A DNA stretch of 64,000 bases, from positions 12,699-76,698 of the forward strand of contig NZ_JBALDZ010000150.1 of the NCBI RefSeq assembly GCF_036917155.1, written 5' to 3'. Below the pieces are notes generated by a model, which saw only the letters and a program-made list of their open reading frames with translations, had not been told where the DNA came from and did not search any database. Positions within the stretch are counted from its first letter, which is position 1. Each line of letters begins with the position of its first letter. Position numbers and translations under genes: made by a program. Shown here piece after piece: positions 31,748 through 42,585 of the stretch. This stretch comes from Nostoc sp. Its GTDB lineage: Bacteria > Cyanobacteriota > Cyanobacteriia > Cyanobacteriales > Nostocaceae.

Positions 31748-33232
31748 ATGAAATCAATTATGGTGGTGGGGACAACATCTCATGCAGGGAAATCACTTTT
31801 AACTACAGCTATTTGTCGCATTCTGTCGCGGCGTGGTTGGCGAGTGGCTCCCTTCAAAGGTCAAAATATGGCTTTAAATGCTTATGTGACTGCCAGTGGT
31901 GGAGAAATTGGCTATGCCCAAGCAGTGCAAGCTTGGGCGGCGGGAGTCGTGCCTTGGGTAGAAATGAACCCAATTTTATTGAAACCCCAAGGGGATATGA
32001 CTTCTCAAGTAATTATTAAAGGTAGGTCTGTAGGCAAAGTGAGTGCTTCAGATTACTACGAGCAATATTTTGAACTGGGATGGCGGACAATTGAAGAATC
32101 GCTACAGCATTTAGGAACAGAGTTTGACTTGGTGGTTTGTGAAGGTGCCGGTAGTCCAGCGGAGATCAACCTCAAGCACCGCGACTTAACTAATATGCGG
32201 GTGGCAAAACATTTAAATGCGCCAACGATGTTAGTAGTTGATATTGACCGGGGTGGTGCTTTTGCCCATATTGTTGGCACTTTAGAGTTATTAGAACCAG
32301 ATGAACGCGCCTTAATTAAGGGTATAGTCATTAACAAGTTCCGAGGACAGCGATCGCTCCTAGATCCGGGGATAAAATGGTTAGAAGAACGTACAGGTAT
32401 CCCCGTTGTCGGTGTTATACCTTACTTACAAGAAATGTTTCCAGCAGAGGATTCTCTTGACTTGCTAGAACGTCAATCGTCGTCGAATAAAGCCCAAACT
32501 GACCTCAACATTGCCGTCATCCGCTTACCAAGAATTGCCAACTTCACTGACTTTGACCCACTAGAATCAGAAAGTACAGTTTCAGTAAAATATCTTAGCC
32601 CTAAGCAAGATTTGGGACATCCTGATGCCGTGATTATCCCAGGTACAAAAACCACAATTTCTGATTTGCTACTGCTGCAAAAAAGCGGTATGGCAGAAGC
32701 TATCCAACACTACGCAGCTTCCGGTGGAACGGTTTTAGGTATCTGCGGTGGCTATCAAATGCTTGGTCAAATCATCGCCGATCCAGAAGGGATAGAAGGA
32801 CAAGCAGGCAGATTTCAAGGGTTAAACCTTTTACCAATCAGAACTGTAATTACCGGACAAAAAATCGCCCGCCAGCGCCAAGTTAGCTCAAATTATCCAC
32901 AACAGGGCTTGCCAGTTAATGGCTTTGAAATTCACCAAGGGCGATCGCGCATCGAACAGCAAGGGATAGATCCTCAATCCTACCACGCCCTATTTGACGA
33001 TATTAATTTAGGATTAGTGGATAGTTGTCAATCGGTGTGGGGAAGTTACCTCCACGGGCTTTTTGACAATGGCCCTTGGCGACGGGCTTGGTTAAATCGT
33101 CTCCGTCAACAGCGCGGGTTAAAATCTTTACCCACAGGTGTTGCTAACTACCGAGAACAGCGAGAGCAAATTTTGGATTCCCTAGCCACTGAAGTAGAAA
33201 GCCATTTAGACTTAACTCCATTTTTGTCTTAA
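31748..33232 (+). CDS. cobQ: Cobyric acid synthase
   Basis: GTTSHAGKS, PFKGQNM, EGAGSPAEINL, ICGGYQMLG and YLHGLF motifs. Confidence 0.97.
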   Translation: MKSIMVVGTTSHAGKSLLTTAICRILSRRGWRVAPFKGQNMALNAYVTASGGEIGYAQAVQAWAAGVVPWVEMNPILLKPQGDMTSQVIIKGRSVGKVSASDYYEQYFELGWRTIEESLQHLGTEFDLVVCEGAGSPAEINLKHRDLTNMRVAKHLNAPTMLVVDIDRGGAFAHIVGTLELLEPDERALIKGIVINKFRGQRSLLDPGIKWLEERTGIPVVGVIPYLQEMFPAEDSLDLLERQSSSNKAQTDLNIAVIRLPRIANFTDFDPLESESTVSVKYLSPKQDLGHPDAVIIPGTKTTISDLLLLQKSGMAEAIQHYAASGGTVLGICGGYQMLGQIIADPEGIEGQAGRFQGLNLLPIRTVITGQKIARQRQVSSNYPQQGLPVNGFEIHQGRSRIEQQGIDPQSYHALFDDINLGLVDSCQSVWGSYLHGLFDNGPWRRAWLNRLRQQRGLKSLPTGVANYREQREQILDSLATEVESHLDLTPFLS

Positions 33233-33272
33233 ACTAAAGTGCATATTTTTTCGATCAAAGTGTCATTAGTAA

Positions 33273-33352
33273 ATGACTAATGACCAATGACCAATGACCA
33301 ATGACCAATGACTAATGACCAATGACCAATGACCAATGACCAATGACCAATG
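33273..33352. repeat. STRR array (ATGACCA/ATGACTA)
   Basis: About 11 heptamers; the last unit supplies the ATG of the next gene. Confidence 0.9.
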
Positions 33353-33586
33353 ATTGTTCATATCCGCTTTTTACCAGATGATGTCACAGTAGATGCTGAA
33401 GTAGGCGAAGCCCTCTTAGATGTAGCAGACCGGGCTGGGGTATTTATTCCCACCGGTTGTCTAATGGGGTCTTGTCACGCTTGCACTGTGGAATTAGAAG
33501 ATGGAGAGATTATTCGCGCTTGTATCACCGCAGTACCGCCACGCGAGGAATTGACGATTAATTTGTTTAGTGACCCAACTTGGTAA
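33350..33586 (+). CDS. 2Fe-2S ferredoxin-like protein
   Basis: CLMGSCHAC...RAC cysteine pattern. Confidence 0.88.
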   Translation: MIVHIRFLPDDVTVDAEVGEALLDVADRAGVFIPTGCLMGSCHACTVELEDGEIIRACITAVPPREELTINLFSDPTW

Positions 33587-33660
33587 TGTCGCCCCTGTTA
33601 TTGAATAAGGATTGGTATGCTACGCGGGTATTATATTGTGTTATTGTGAATATAAGAACT

Positions 33661-33680
33661 TATGAGTTACGTAACGCATA
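33661..33680. promoter_or_regulatory. Palindromic operator upstream of higBA
   Basis: TATGAGTTACGTAACGCATA, a near-perfect palindrome ending 20 bp before the ATG. Confidence 0.55.
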
Positions 33681-33700
33681 ATATCTATCATTTCTAATGT

Positions 33701-34003
33701 ATGTCTCCGTCAGAAAAATATCCAAAGTTTAAAGATAAAAGGACGGAGCGGTTTGCTTTAGGTGAGAGGGTAAAAGAGTTTCAGGCTTTTACAGACCAAG
33801 CATACAAACGACTTGATATATTAGATGCCGCTACTAACAAAGAATCTCTGATGAAACTACCGAGCAACCATTTTGAGTCTTTAGAGGGTGATCGAAAAGG
33901 TCAATACAGCATTCGGATAAATAAGCAATGGCGAATTTGTTTCAATTAGCCAGACGAAGAATCTAAACCTTTCAACATTGAAATCACAGACTATCATTCT
34001 TAA
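33701..34003 (+). pseudogene. higB: HigB (RelE-like killer) toxin with a premature stop
   Basis: GQYSIRINKQWRICFN is followed by TAG at 33947-33949, then PDEESKPFNIEITDYHS* in frame. Confidence 0.85.
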
Positions 34004-34014
34004 AGAATAACAAC

Positions 34015-34326
34015 ATGGCACGGCCGCCTATCCATCCTGGAAAAATTCTTGCTGATGAGCTTCATGAATTGCAGATGAGTGCAAGTGAGTTAGCACGTAT
34101 CCTTCATGTCCCGACAAATCGTATTACTGAAATAATTAATGGTGAACGGGCAATTACTGCTGACACAGCATTACGATTAGGCCAATGGTTTGGTACTGGT
34201 GCCCAGTTGTGGATGAATTTACAAAAGAATTATGAGCTTAGACTAGCTGAAGAAAAAATGGGTGAAGAAATTCAGGCAACTATTTCGCCCCGGATATTAT
34301 CTGAGTACAAGCAAATCAATGCCTAA
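34015..34326 (+). CDS. higA: HigA antitoxin
   Basis: PIHPGKIL, RAITADTALRL and WMNLQKNYEL motifs. Confidence 0.93.
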   Translation: MARPPIHPGKILADELHELQMSASELARILHVPTNRITEIINGERAITADTALRLGQWFGTGAQLWMNLQKNYELRLAEEKMGEEIQATISPRILSEYKQINA

Positions 34327-34384
34327 AAAAAATCTAATCAATAATTAGATTTTCTGAATAGGCCGCAAGATACTTTGACCGAGA

Positions 34385-34550
34385 AGATTGGAGATTGGAG
34401 ATTGCAGATTGCAGATTGCAGATTGTTTTTGGTACAAGCCCAGCATATTGTGGGCGGAATAAATCTCAAATCGTCAATCTCAAATCCTCAAGCTGCATCC
34501 AAGAGTGGGTGTAGTCAATCTCAAATCTACAATCGGCAATCTACAATTGT
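34385..34550. repeat. Heptamer repeats (AGATTGG/AGATTGC and AATCTCA arms)
   Basis: Tandem 7-mers followed by degenerate complementary units. Confidence 0.7.
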
Positions 34551-34598
34551 TTGACCCATTTTTTCTGACTGTGGCGATCGCATATTTTAACAAAATTA

Positions 34599-34811
34599 AT
34601 GCCAAAGAAAATCCGGTAACTGAAGCAAATGCTTTGCCAATCAGGTTTTACAGAATTCCCAGGAAAAGGCAGTCACACTAACTGGGTGCATCCTTTGTAT
34701 GATGGAAAAATTACGCTTTCAGGCAAAGATGGAGCAGATGCTAAACGCTACCAAGAAAAGGAAGTAAAACAGGCAATTAAAAAATTAGAGGAGAAGAAAG
34801 AAGATGAGTAA
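34599..34811 (+). pseudogene. hicA: HicA toxin with a premature stop
   Basis: Reads MPKKIR, TAA at 34617-34619, then LKQMLCQSGFTEFPGKGSH... in frame; overlaps the hicB start. Confidence 0.85.
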
Positions 34812-35022
34812 GCCGAAGTACCAAATGCTTATTCAATGGTCTGATGAAGATGATTGCTATTTAGTAGGATTCCCTGATTTTCCAGGACAACACTGGCGCA
34901 CTCATGGTGATACTTACGAGTTAGCGGTGGCAAATGGAATTGAAGCCTTAGAGTCTCTTATCATCGCTTACGAAGCTATGGGTGATTCACTTCCAGAACC
35001 AACAGTTTATAAAGCTGCATAG
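34804..35022 (+). CDS. hicB: HicB antitoxin
   Basis: IQWSDEDDCYLVGFPDF...THGDTYE...LPEP motif. Confidence 0.9.
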   Translation: MSKPKYQMLIQWSDEDDCYLVGFPDFPGQHWRTHGDTYELAVANGIEALESLIIAYEAMGDSLPEPTVYKAA

Positions 35023-35096
35023 TTTTGGATCTTAAGTTCTCACAGCTTTATCACAAAAATATAAGGAAACTTACTATTAACAAAGTCCATCTGTGC

Positions 35097-35540
35097 TTAA
35101 CTAGATTTAACATTTAGCGCATATTCTTTAAACCTTTCCAAATCAGCTTGAATTGTCGATTCAACTATCCGTCCCAAAAATAAGTTATCCATAATTTTGC
35201 CAATAATGCCGGGGATGGCGTAGGAAATGGTCATTTTGACAACGCTAGTACCGTGGCGATCGTAAAAGCGAATTGCTCCCTGATTCGGCAAACCATCAAC
35301 AGATTCCCATTGGATAATTTGGTTGGGAACAACTTTGAGAATTCGGGATTGCCAATTAAATTCTAGACTGCCAGTCTTTAATTTCCAAAGAGATATATCT
35401 GGATTATCCGGCGGAATTTTCACCGAATCAATCCACTTCATCCACTGGGGCATTTGCTCTAAATCAGACCAGAGGCTCCATACTAAATCTATGGGAGCCT
35501 CTACTTCTACCTGCACAGTATGCTCTAACCAGTCTGACAT
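35097..35540 (-). CDS. SRPBCC/polyketide cyclase family protein
   Basis: WSDLEQMPQWM, IQWESVDGL and ADLERFK motifs; downstream of zds. Confidence 0.88.
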   Translation of the reverse strand: MSDWLEHTVQVEVEAPIDLVWSLWSDLEQMPQWMKWIDSVKIPPDNPDISLWKLKTGSLEFNWQSRILKVVPNQIIQWESVDGLPNQGAIRFYDRHGTSVVKMTISYAIPGIIGKIMDNLFLGRIVESTIQADLERFKEYALNVKSS

Positions 35541-35584
35541 TTCTCTTCTTCCTTCTCTACGAGACGCTGCGCGATCGCAGTTCG

Positions 35585-37024
35585 TTATTTCTTCAAACTC
35601 TCTAAAATTACTTTTGCCGCACGCCGTCCAGAAATAGTAGCACCTTCCATACTGTCGATGTAATCTTGCTGAGTATAACTGCCAGCCAGGAAGAAGTTAT
35701 CTACTGGTGTTTTTTGGTTGGGACGGTACGCATCCATTCCTGGCGCTTCTCGGTAGAGAGACTGAGCGAGTTTTACCACGCTGTACCAAGTCATATTTAG
35801 CTCCCGCGATGAGGGAAACAGTTCATGGACTTGTTTGAGGATATGCTGTGCGATCGCTTCATTACTTTGTCCAATAAACGGATCTCCCGGTGTCAGCACT
35901 AGCTGTAACAAAGATCCCTGTCCTGGGCGATAATAATCAGCAGGGCTAGTCAACGCCAAATCAGCAAAACAAGAAAAGTCAGCATCGGCTGTGTAAAGTA
36001 AATTATCAATTCCAGCCGCATGATTTAGTTGTTTACGTTGCTCTTTATCCTTCAGTTCCGTTACCCAACCATCGAAGCGTAACTGCACTGTCGCCACTGG
36101 TACTGCATCAAGTTTGTAAATATTGTCAAATTCTGACCACTTACGCCACTCCTGGGGTAAGATGCGTTGAATTCCTGGAACATCACAGGCAAAAACGTAA
36201 GCATCAGCAGTGATTGTTTCTACGGTATCACCTTGAGCAACTGCTATACCAGTGACGCGGGTTTGTTCATTTAACTCTCTAAACTGAATTTCCCGTACCT
36301 GCCGACGCGTGTAAACTTTAGTGCCTCTAACTTCCAGATATTCCAGAATGGGCTTGTGTAAATATTCATAAGGAGAACCTTCCAGCATTCGTAAAACTGA
36401 AGCTTCAGTTCTGACTGCAAATAACTGGAATATCGTTAACATACAACGGGCAGACATATTTTCGCAATCAATAAACCCCAATGCGTAGGCAATGGGATTC
36501 CACAGACGCTTGATGCTGCCATTACTGCCACCATGACTGCGGAACCAATCAGCAAAGCTAACTTTATCCAAATTGCGGATGGTTTTCATCGCCCCGTTAA
36601 AGTCTACCAATCCGCGCACTATCGGACTAGTACCCAAAGCGATCGCATTTTGCAATTTATCTTGCAACGATAGTTGAGAAGTAGTGAAAAATGCCTTTAA
36701 ACCATTGAAAGGCGCACCTGTAAGAAAGCGAAAATCTAAAGCACCAGTCTGGCCCCCTTTGTTAATGAAAGTGTGGGTATGTTCCTTGAGGCGTAAGTTT
36801 TCTAACACCCCCACTTTCTTCATTAAGTCAAATAGTTGGTAGTAGCACCCGAAAAATACATGCAGCCCCATTTCTAGATGGTTGCCATCTCCATCAACCC
36901 AACTGCCAACTTTACCACCCACAAACGGACGAGACTCAAAAATCTCGACTTTACAACCAGCATCAGCTAGATCTACTGCGGTTGCTAGTCCAGCCAGTCC
37001 CGCACCTACGATTGCAACACGCAT
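35585..37024 (-). CDS. zds: 9,9'-di-cis-zeta-carotene desaturase
   Basis: [26 protein letters not shown] and [16 protein letters not shown] motifs. Confidence 0.95.
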   Translation of the reverse strand: MRVAIVGAGLAGLATAVDLADAGCKVEIFESRPFVGGKVGSWVDGDGNHLEMGLHVFFGCYYQLFDLMKKVGVLENLRLKEHTHTFINKGGQTGALDFRFLTGAPFNGLKAFFTTSQLSLQDKLQNAIALGTSPIVRGLVDFNGAMKTIRNLDKVSFADWFRSHGGSNGSIKRLWNPIAYALGFIDCENMSARCMLTIFQLFAVRTEASVLRMLEGSPYEYLHKPILEYLEVRGTKVYTRRQVREIQFRELNEQTRVTGIAVAQGDTVETITADAYVFACDVPGIQRILPQEWRKWSEFDNIYKLDAVPVATVQLRFDGWVTELKDKEQRKQLNHAAGIDNLLYTADADFSCFADLALTSPADYYRPGQGSLLQLVLTPGDPFIGQSNEAIAQHILKQVHELFPSSRELNMTWYSVVKLAQSLYREAPGMDAYRPNQKTPVDNFFLAGSYTQQDYIDSMEGATISGRRAAKVILESLKK

Positions 37025-37300
37025 TCCGTCGTTCCTTTTCAGTTTCTTTACAGATTGTAACTGGGTTGGTGTCGGAATTTGCTACTTAATATCAACTCTA
37101 CCAGCATATTAAGGCATGGCAATATCGATACTAAAACCTCTTTGATTACTTCTTTTAGTCCCAGCAAATGACCAGACGCGAGAAAAACGCGTCTGTATCA
37201 TCTAGACAAACTCTTGTCCATAGCAGCGGACTCTCAAAAGTATCATAGATATTTTTTTGGTGGCAAAGCAGTTTTCTGGATAAGTCATGAAAGTAACTTC

Positions 37301-37477
37301 TTACTTATTTCCATCTTTGCTGTCGTCAGAAACAGGTAAACTTCTAATCAGTTCACGAATCACGTCAGTTGCAGGTCTACCTGTTTGCTGACAATATTTT
37401 TCTAGTTTTTCCGCTTCCTGTGTTGCGAGATTAACTGTTATGCGTTTAACGGCCCATTTTTTATTTGTCATTATCAT
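37301..37477 (-). CDS. CopG/ribbon-helix-helix protein, 58 aa (not in the ORF track)
   Basis: Translated by hand: MIMTNKKWAVKRITVNLATQEAEKLEKYCQQTGRPATDVIRELIRSLPVSDDSKDGNK*. Confidence 0.85.
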   Translation of the reverse strand: MIMTNKKWAVKRITVNLATQEAEKLEKYCQQTGRPATDVIRELIRSLPVSDDSKDGNK

Positions 37478-38328
37478 GCTATTTGCTGTATATTTAGATG
37501 GTCGAAAGAGTCTAAATTAAAGAGGGAACCGATAAGGTTATCAGAGTTTGTCTCAGGAAACAAGTAATACCATTAATATTAAAAATGTTCGTTTTGTCAA
37601 AGGATTCATAATTTTCTAAAAAAATCAAAAAGCGATACTTTATTTGTTACTATTGTGACAGCATAATTAGCACATAGTTGCTTTTGAAGGTAATAACCCT
37701 ACTAACAGCATGAGTAAAGACTGACAATGAAATTTGATAAATCAATTTGAGACACCTACTATTGACTCAATGAAGATTTACAAAGTTATTCTTCATCGAA
37801 AGCACTTGACCTTCTCTCTTAACTAAGTTCGCCAAACCTGTTTGGAGAGAACATCCGCTAGAACACTAGAAAATAAAACTTCAGAATCACAATCGTGCTG
37901 AAATGCTGCCTTACAGGCGGCTTGGAGTGGCTTGTGTAGAAGGTGAATAGTCACTTATAAAGTAGGCAAATAAGCGATCGCTCCAGAACAAACTCCCATC
38001 TGCACCCATTACTGTAAGCAAGAATTTAGAGCTACTTGAACGGCTATAAATTTTGGCTTACCTCGATCAAGCTGATTGCTTTTCAGTGCCAATGTAGTAG
38101 CTATAAAAAAGGGAACGAAACTCAGTCTACTGGGTGTAAATAGCCAATTATTTTGGTAAATTTTGACAGCATTATCTGTAATTTCACACAGATGAATTAA
38201 CCCAGGTAGATGTGATGTTAATTGACTGTTGTCGATAATAATATTTTAGTTTTATTTCATGCTTTTACACTAAAGTTCTCGTAAATATACGATTAAATTT
38301 TGCGTATTTTTTATCTTCCCTCTAGCGA

Positions 38329-38430
38329 TAAGCTGTTACGTATACAACTTGCATTATGAGGGCGCTCATGTTGCCCACCCCACAATCATATTGGAAAAAT
38401 ATTAGTGCAAATTAAAGGCGCAACAGCTTA
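38329..38430. mobile_element. MITE-like element
   Basis: Ends TAAGCTGTT...AACAGCTTA; the internal TGCCCACCCCACAA is shared with the 45.8-46.1 kb element. Confidence 0.55.
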
Positions 38431-38981
38431 TAATTTGCTTTCAATCCAACAACTGTTTTGCATTTTTCCTATTCATCTATCTATAGGTTATGTGAATAAT
38501 TTTTAGTCAATCATGGCACTAAAAATTCAACAGCAAATCTTCTTATCAGATTTAAGCTAAGAGATAAACTATTGCCAGAAAAATTGATTTACAACTATTT
38601 ACTATTTGGTAAGTATACCTATAAAAATAATTGTATATTTCAATATCCTCCGGTGGTTTGTTCATTATAGCCATTATTTACGTACTTTAAATAATCTTCA
38701 TTTAGACATTCAATAAGCTACTTTTCATGCTTTATAAAAAAATTACAAAGAAAAAGATATACATTTTAACTTTTGCTTAATGATATTGATATATTAGAAG
38801 ATGCTCAACTCAAAAACTTGCTAAAAAAAGATTTAGATATCTAAGTGCATCAGCTAGGTTTGATTAAAGCAAGCTTTGCAGATAGTTTTTAGTACTTTGT
38901 AGCTATTTATACTGAAAATATTTCAATGAGATGAATGAAAAATTATGAAAATACAGGTACTTCATGAAATTAAGGTAAAGC

Positions 38982-39134
38982 TATACCAATTCAAAAAATG
39001 TTTCCGACAGATAACCCACCCATCCCTTAGTAATACCATTTTGAATTTTAGATTTTAGATTTCGGATTGGGAATCGCTTTCTGTGTCTGGTTTTTGTGAA
39101 ACCATCTGTCGCAATCATTTTTCAAATTGGTATA
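38982..39134. mobile_element. MITE-like element with ~30-bp imperfect TIRs
   Basis: TATACCAATTCAAAAAATGTTTCCGACAGAT / ATCTGTCGCAATCATTTTTCAAATTGGTATA. Confidence 0.7.
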
Positions 39135-39685
39135 ACTACGGTGTACACATCACACATCTTTGTACAAAACCACAACCATTGAAGATCCTCCTAAATCCCC
39201 CAATTGATCGGGGGATTTTAAGAATTTTTTGCACCTCTTAAAAGGACATGAGTTTGACGAGTCATATAATGTCCATATAATTAGCCGTCAAAAAGACCTC
39301 TCCCTAGTTTTACTAAGCAAAACCGTCCCTCTCCGACTCGGAGAAAAACTTGAACTAAAGTTCAAAGCAAGGAGAGGTTTATCGAACTCACATTGATTTA
39401 ATGCTTCGCGGAAGTCCCCATTTTCAAGGTACTCCTAAGATAGGGATTGTGAGCGGGGGATGTTCGCGAACAGCGTCACGAAGTGAGGATTACATCTGGA
39501 ATTTATTTTTTACTTTGTAAAAAATAAATTCTCGATGGATGACGAATACCCATGCGCTAAAGCGTCTCCCCTTGGGAGAGGATTTTCTGGTAAGATATTC
39601 GATGTCTTGACCGACCCTCAAAATGCCTATGGGACAAGGAACATTTTTAATTCACATCAGGCGTGAATTATGGAAATTCGTGCAA

Positions 39686-41317
39686 CTATTCAAATTTCAG
39701 TTGGGGCATCAGTTGGAGAGTGCCAATACCTAAATCTTTGGGTGAAAGCGATCGCGCTTCAAACAAAGCCATCATATCTCGTAACTGAGGATTGCCACGG
39801 GAGGCTCCCGTTAGTCCTTTAGCAATGATTAAGCCACAGTAGCCCTTAGTATTTTTACACCGCTGATTCCATTTTTTTCGGGCTTCGACATGAGTCGGAT
39901 CTTCGTCTAAAAATTCACCGAATAGGAACAATTCACCATTTTGAGTTTGCAATAAACCCAGGTCGTAGCGATCGCCATCGAAGGGGTCAGCACCCGGATT
40001 AAAGCAAATTGCTCTCAGTCCACCTGTTGCTTCAATTCTCTCAATTACAGTTTTCGCCTTGGGTCGGGAAGTTTGAATTAAAATTACTGGCAAACCATCA
40101 CCCACTTGTTTGATTTCACCAGCCTGATGGTAGCTGACTCCCTTTCGCAGGGACTCCAAGATTTCCCAGGACACCACACCTAAGCTGAGGAAGGAATCTT
40201 CTGGTATCAAATCATCTTGTAATGATTGGAAGTCAGGGTTGTCAATCTCCTGATCGTCGATATCAAAACCGGCCATTTCCTCTAATTCTGCTGCTAACTG
40301 CGGCATGGTAGAGACTGTCACAGGCACAGATTTAGTTGATTCTTCCGATTGCGGCAGAGAAATGCGATAGCGACGGACCAGAGTAGGGAAGATATCTTCA
40401 TGAAGCTGGCGACGGTGATCGCGAATAAAGCGGCTCAGGCTTTCGATCGCAACTAAGATTACCAATGCTTCTTCGTCATACAAAACAGACCGTAGTCCTT
40501 CTAAGGGGTGGATATTACCGAAGGTGGGGTCAATTTCTGATAATGGCAGATCCGCCAAATCATCTTCTTCATCCTCATCTTCATCGGTTTCATCAGCACT
40601 CTCAAAAGTGAGAAACAAGCAATCTTGCTTGAGGAACGCTTCTTCTAAATGCTCTGTGGATTCTTGATCTGTTAAAACTGCGGCGCGAAATTGTTTTAAA
40701 GACTCCTCTGAACGATAAAACAAAATCCCATATTCCATTCCCAGCATTCCCATAACTGAGGCATAGAGTGTACCAACATCCCACTTATTAATCTCAATTG
40801 ACAAAATTTGCTGTTCTTCCAAAAATTCCCAAGGTGCTACTTGCCAAATTGCAAATGCTTTTTCTCGTAATATTTGTGCATACTGTGGGGGTAAGTCGGG
40901 AGTTTGACTATCGAGAATATCAGCAAATCCACGAAATAGTTCGTCAATTAAAGGAAGTTCTGGTGCGTAGTCAATGGCAATATCCAAATCTTGTAACACT
41001 CCCCGCAGGTAAAATTGGATCTCGCGGTCTTTGACTACAATTCTTTGAGGTCTAGCAGGTCTTGCCGGACTCTGGGGATGCTCCATAGCTTGCATTAAGG
41101 TGCGAACTATTGCTTCTGGACCAATATCTGAGGCTACTATGTCCATGCCTCGAACAACACCTTGGGAGTAATCTACCCAAAGAATGCATTCTCCCTTTGC
41201 CTCTGAGTCTGAGAACTGGTTTGGTGATGACAACGGACGGCGATCGCCCTCCCATACAGAAGGAATTTGAGTTAATTTCTTCAACCGACGACTGGTAGAG
41301 CGATTAAAACTTGTCAT
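39686..41317 (-). CDS. Conserved cyanobacterial hypothetical protein
   Basis: Long acidic ORF with APWE and SVMGMLGMEYG motifs; function not recognised. Confidence 0.8.
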   Translation of the reverse strand: MTSFNRSTSRRLKKLTQIPSVWEGDRRPLSSPNQFSDSEAKGECILWVDYSQGVVRGMDIVASDIGPEAIVRTLMQAMEHPQSPARPARPQRIVVKDREIQFYLRGVLQDLDIAIDYAPELPLIDELFRGFADILDSQTPDLPPQYAQILREKAFAIWQVAPWEFLEEQQILSIEINKWDVGTLYASVMGMLGMEYGILFYRSEESLKQFRAAVLTDQESTEHLEEAFLKQDCLFLTFESADETDEDEDEEDDLADLPLSEIDPTFGNIHPLEGLRSVLYDEEALVILVAIESLSRFIRDHRRQLHEDIFPTLVRRYRISLPQSEESTKSVPVTVSTMPQLAAELEEMAGFDIDDQEIDNPDFQSLQDDLIPEDSFLSLGVVSWEILESLRKGVSYHQAGEIKQVGDGLPVILIQTSRPKAKTVIERIEATGGLRAICFNPGADPFDGDRYDLGLLQTQNGELFLFGEFLDEDPTHVEARKKWNQRCKNTKGYCGLIIAKGLTGASRGNPQLRDMMALFEARSLSPKDLGIGTLQLMPQLKFE

Positions 41318-41429
41318 AGAGATCAAAAGAAGCAATTTGGAAGTAAACTTTGGGAAATAGTTAGTCTCGGATTAAATTTTTATGGCTGCACCTGAAGGGT
41401 GGTTGCTTCTCAGGCTGCCGCAAGGCTTA

Positions 41430-41750
41430 GGAGGCAGGAGGCAGAAGGTAGTCCCGATGAAACGAGTTTCTAAAGCCTTGTATGAAAATGTTCTAAGTAA
41501 GTCGGCACAATAAAACCAAACTGTGTAAATAAAAGTAAATAAGGCTCAAACCCTTTCTTCCCCTGCTCCCTGCTCCCTGCCCCCTGCCCCCTGCCTTATC
41601 GCAACGATAATTATTTACGCCGACTTACTTAGGGACTGGGATTTTTACTCAGCACGGGTTAAATGCCTCGATACAATTCTTCTTTTTAAACTGGATTTTA
41701 TACCGATAACTAAAGTTTTCATTATTCTTTCCTCCTGCCTCCTGCCTTCT
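41430..41750. mobile_element. Nested MITE-like elements
   Basis: Outer ends GGAGGCAGGAGG/CCTCCTGCCTCC; inner element 41494-41631 has a perfect 13-bp TIR TAAGTAAGTCGGC. Confidence 0.7.
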
Positions 41751-41942
41751 CGTATAAATATACTGAGTCTCTCAATTCTAGAATAAAAATCTTTGGCTGC
41801 TTTTAACAGAGTGTTTACAATTTGGCATCTAGCAACTTCTAAGCCGCTAGAATGAATACAAAAACACTCAAGAGCAACCCAGAGGCATTAACAAGCCGAT
41901 ATCGGGTAACGCTTAGACTAATTTAAGGAGTTTAAAAAGCAG

Positions 41943-42299
41943 ATGACACAAGCAATTCAGGCTCAACAACGCGGAATTCTGTTGAGCGAAGCCGCATTGC
42001 ACCAGGTAAAATCCCTCCGGGACAAGCAAGGCACAGACTTCTGCTTACGGGTAGGAGTGCGTCAGGGTGGCTGTTCTGGGATGTCTTACATGATGGACTT
42101 TGAAGACACTAGCAAGATCACCCCTCAGGATGAAGTTTTTGACTATGATGGCTTCAAAATTGTCAGCGATCGCAAGAGTCTTTTATATCTCTACGGCTTA
42201 ATGCTCGATTATAGCGATGCCATGATTGGCGGTGGTTTTCAATTCACTAACCCCAATGCTAACCAAACTTGTGGTTGCGGCAAGTCATTTGGGGTGTAA
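41943..42299 (+). CDS. iscA: Fe-S cluster assembly A-type carrier (IscA/SufA/HesB family)
   Basis: GGCSGMSY and TCGCGKSF motifs. Confidence 0.9.
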   Translation: MTQAIQAQQRGILLSEAALHQVKSLRDKQGTDFCLRVGVRQGGCSGMSYMMDFEDTSKITPQDEVFDYDGFKIVSDRKSLLYLYGLMLDYSDAMIGGGFQFTNPNANQTCGCGKSFGV

Positions 42300-42585
42300 T
42301 ATTGTCAGTTGTCATTTGTCCCTTGTCATTTATCGTTTATCATTTGCAGTTGCCCAATGACCAATGACTAATGACCCTTCTGGTGACGCTCGTGCCTCGC
42401 TAACGCTGCGCTAACACCAACCAGTTGCTCATGGGGGAAACCCCCTTCTCTACGAGACGCTCCGCGTTCCGTTGGCGCAGCCTCTCGTAGAGAAGGAAAG
42501 GCGCTAGCCTCTCCCAATGTGAGAAGATCGCACTGGCTCACCAATGACCAATGACCAATGACCAATGACTAATGACCAATGACCA

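Noticed and set aside
31430..31748. Cobalamin riboswitch upstream of cobQ (and lysine riboswitch upstream of lysA)
   Set aside because: No B12-box or L-box consensus was recognised; the regions are STRR or IS-end sequence
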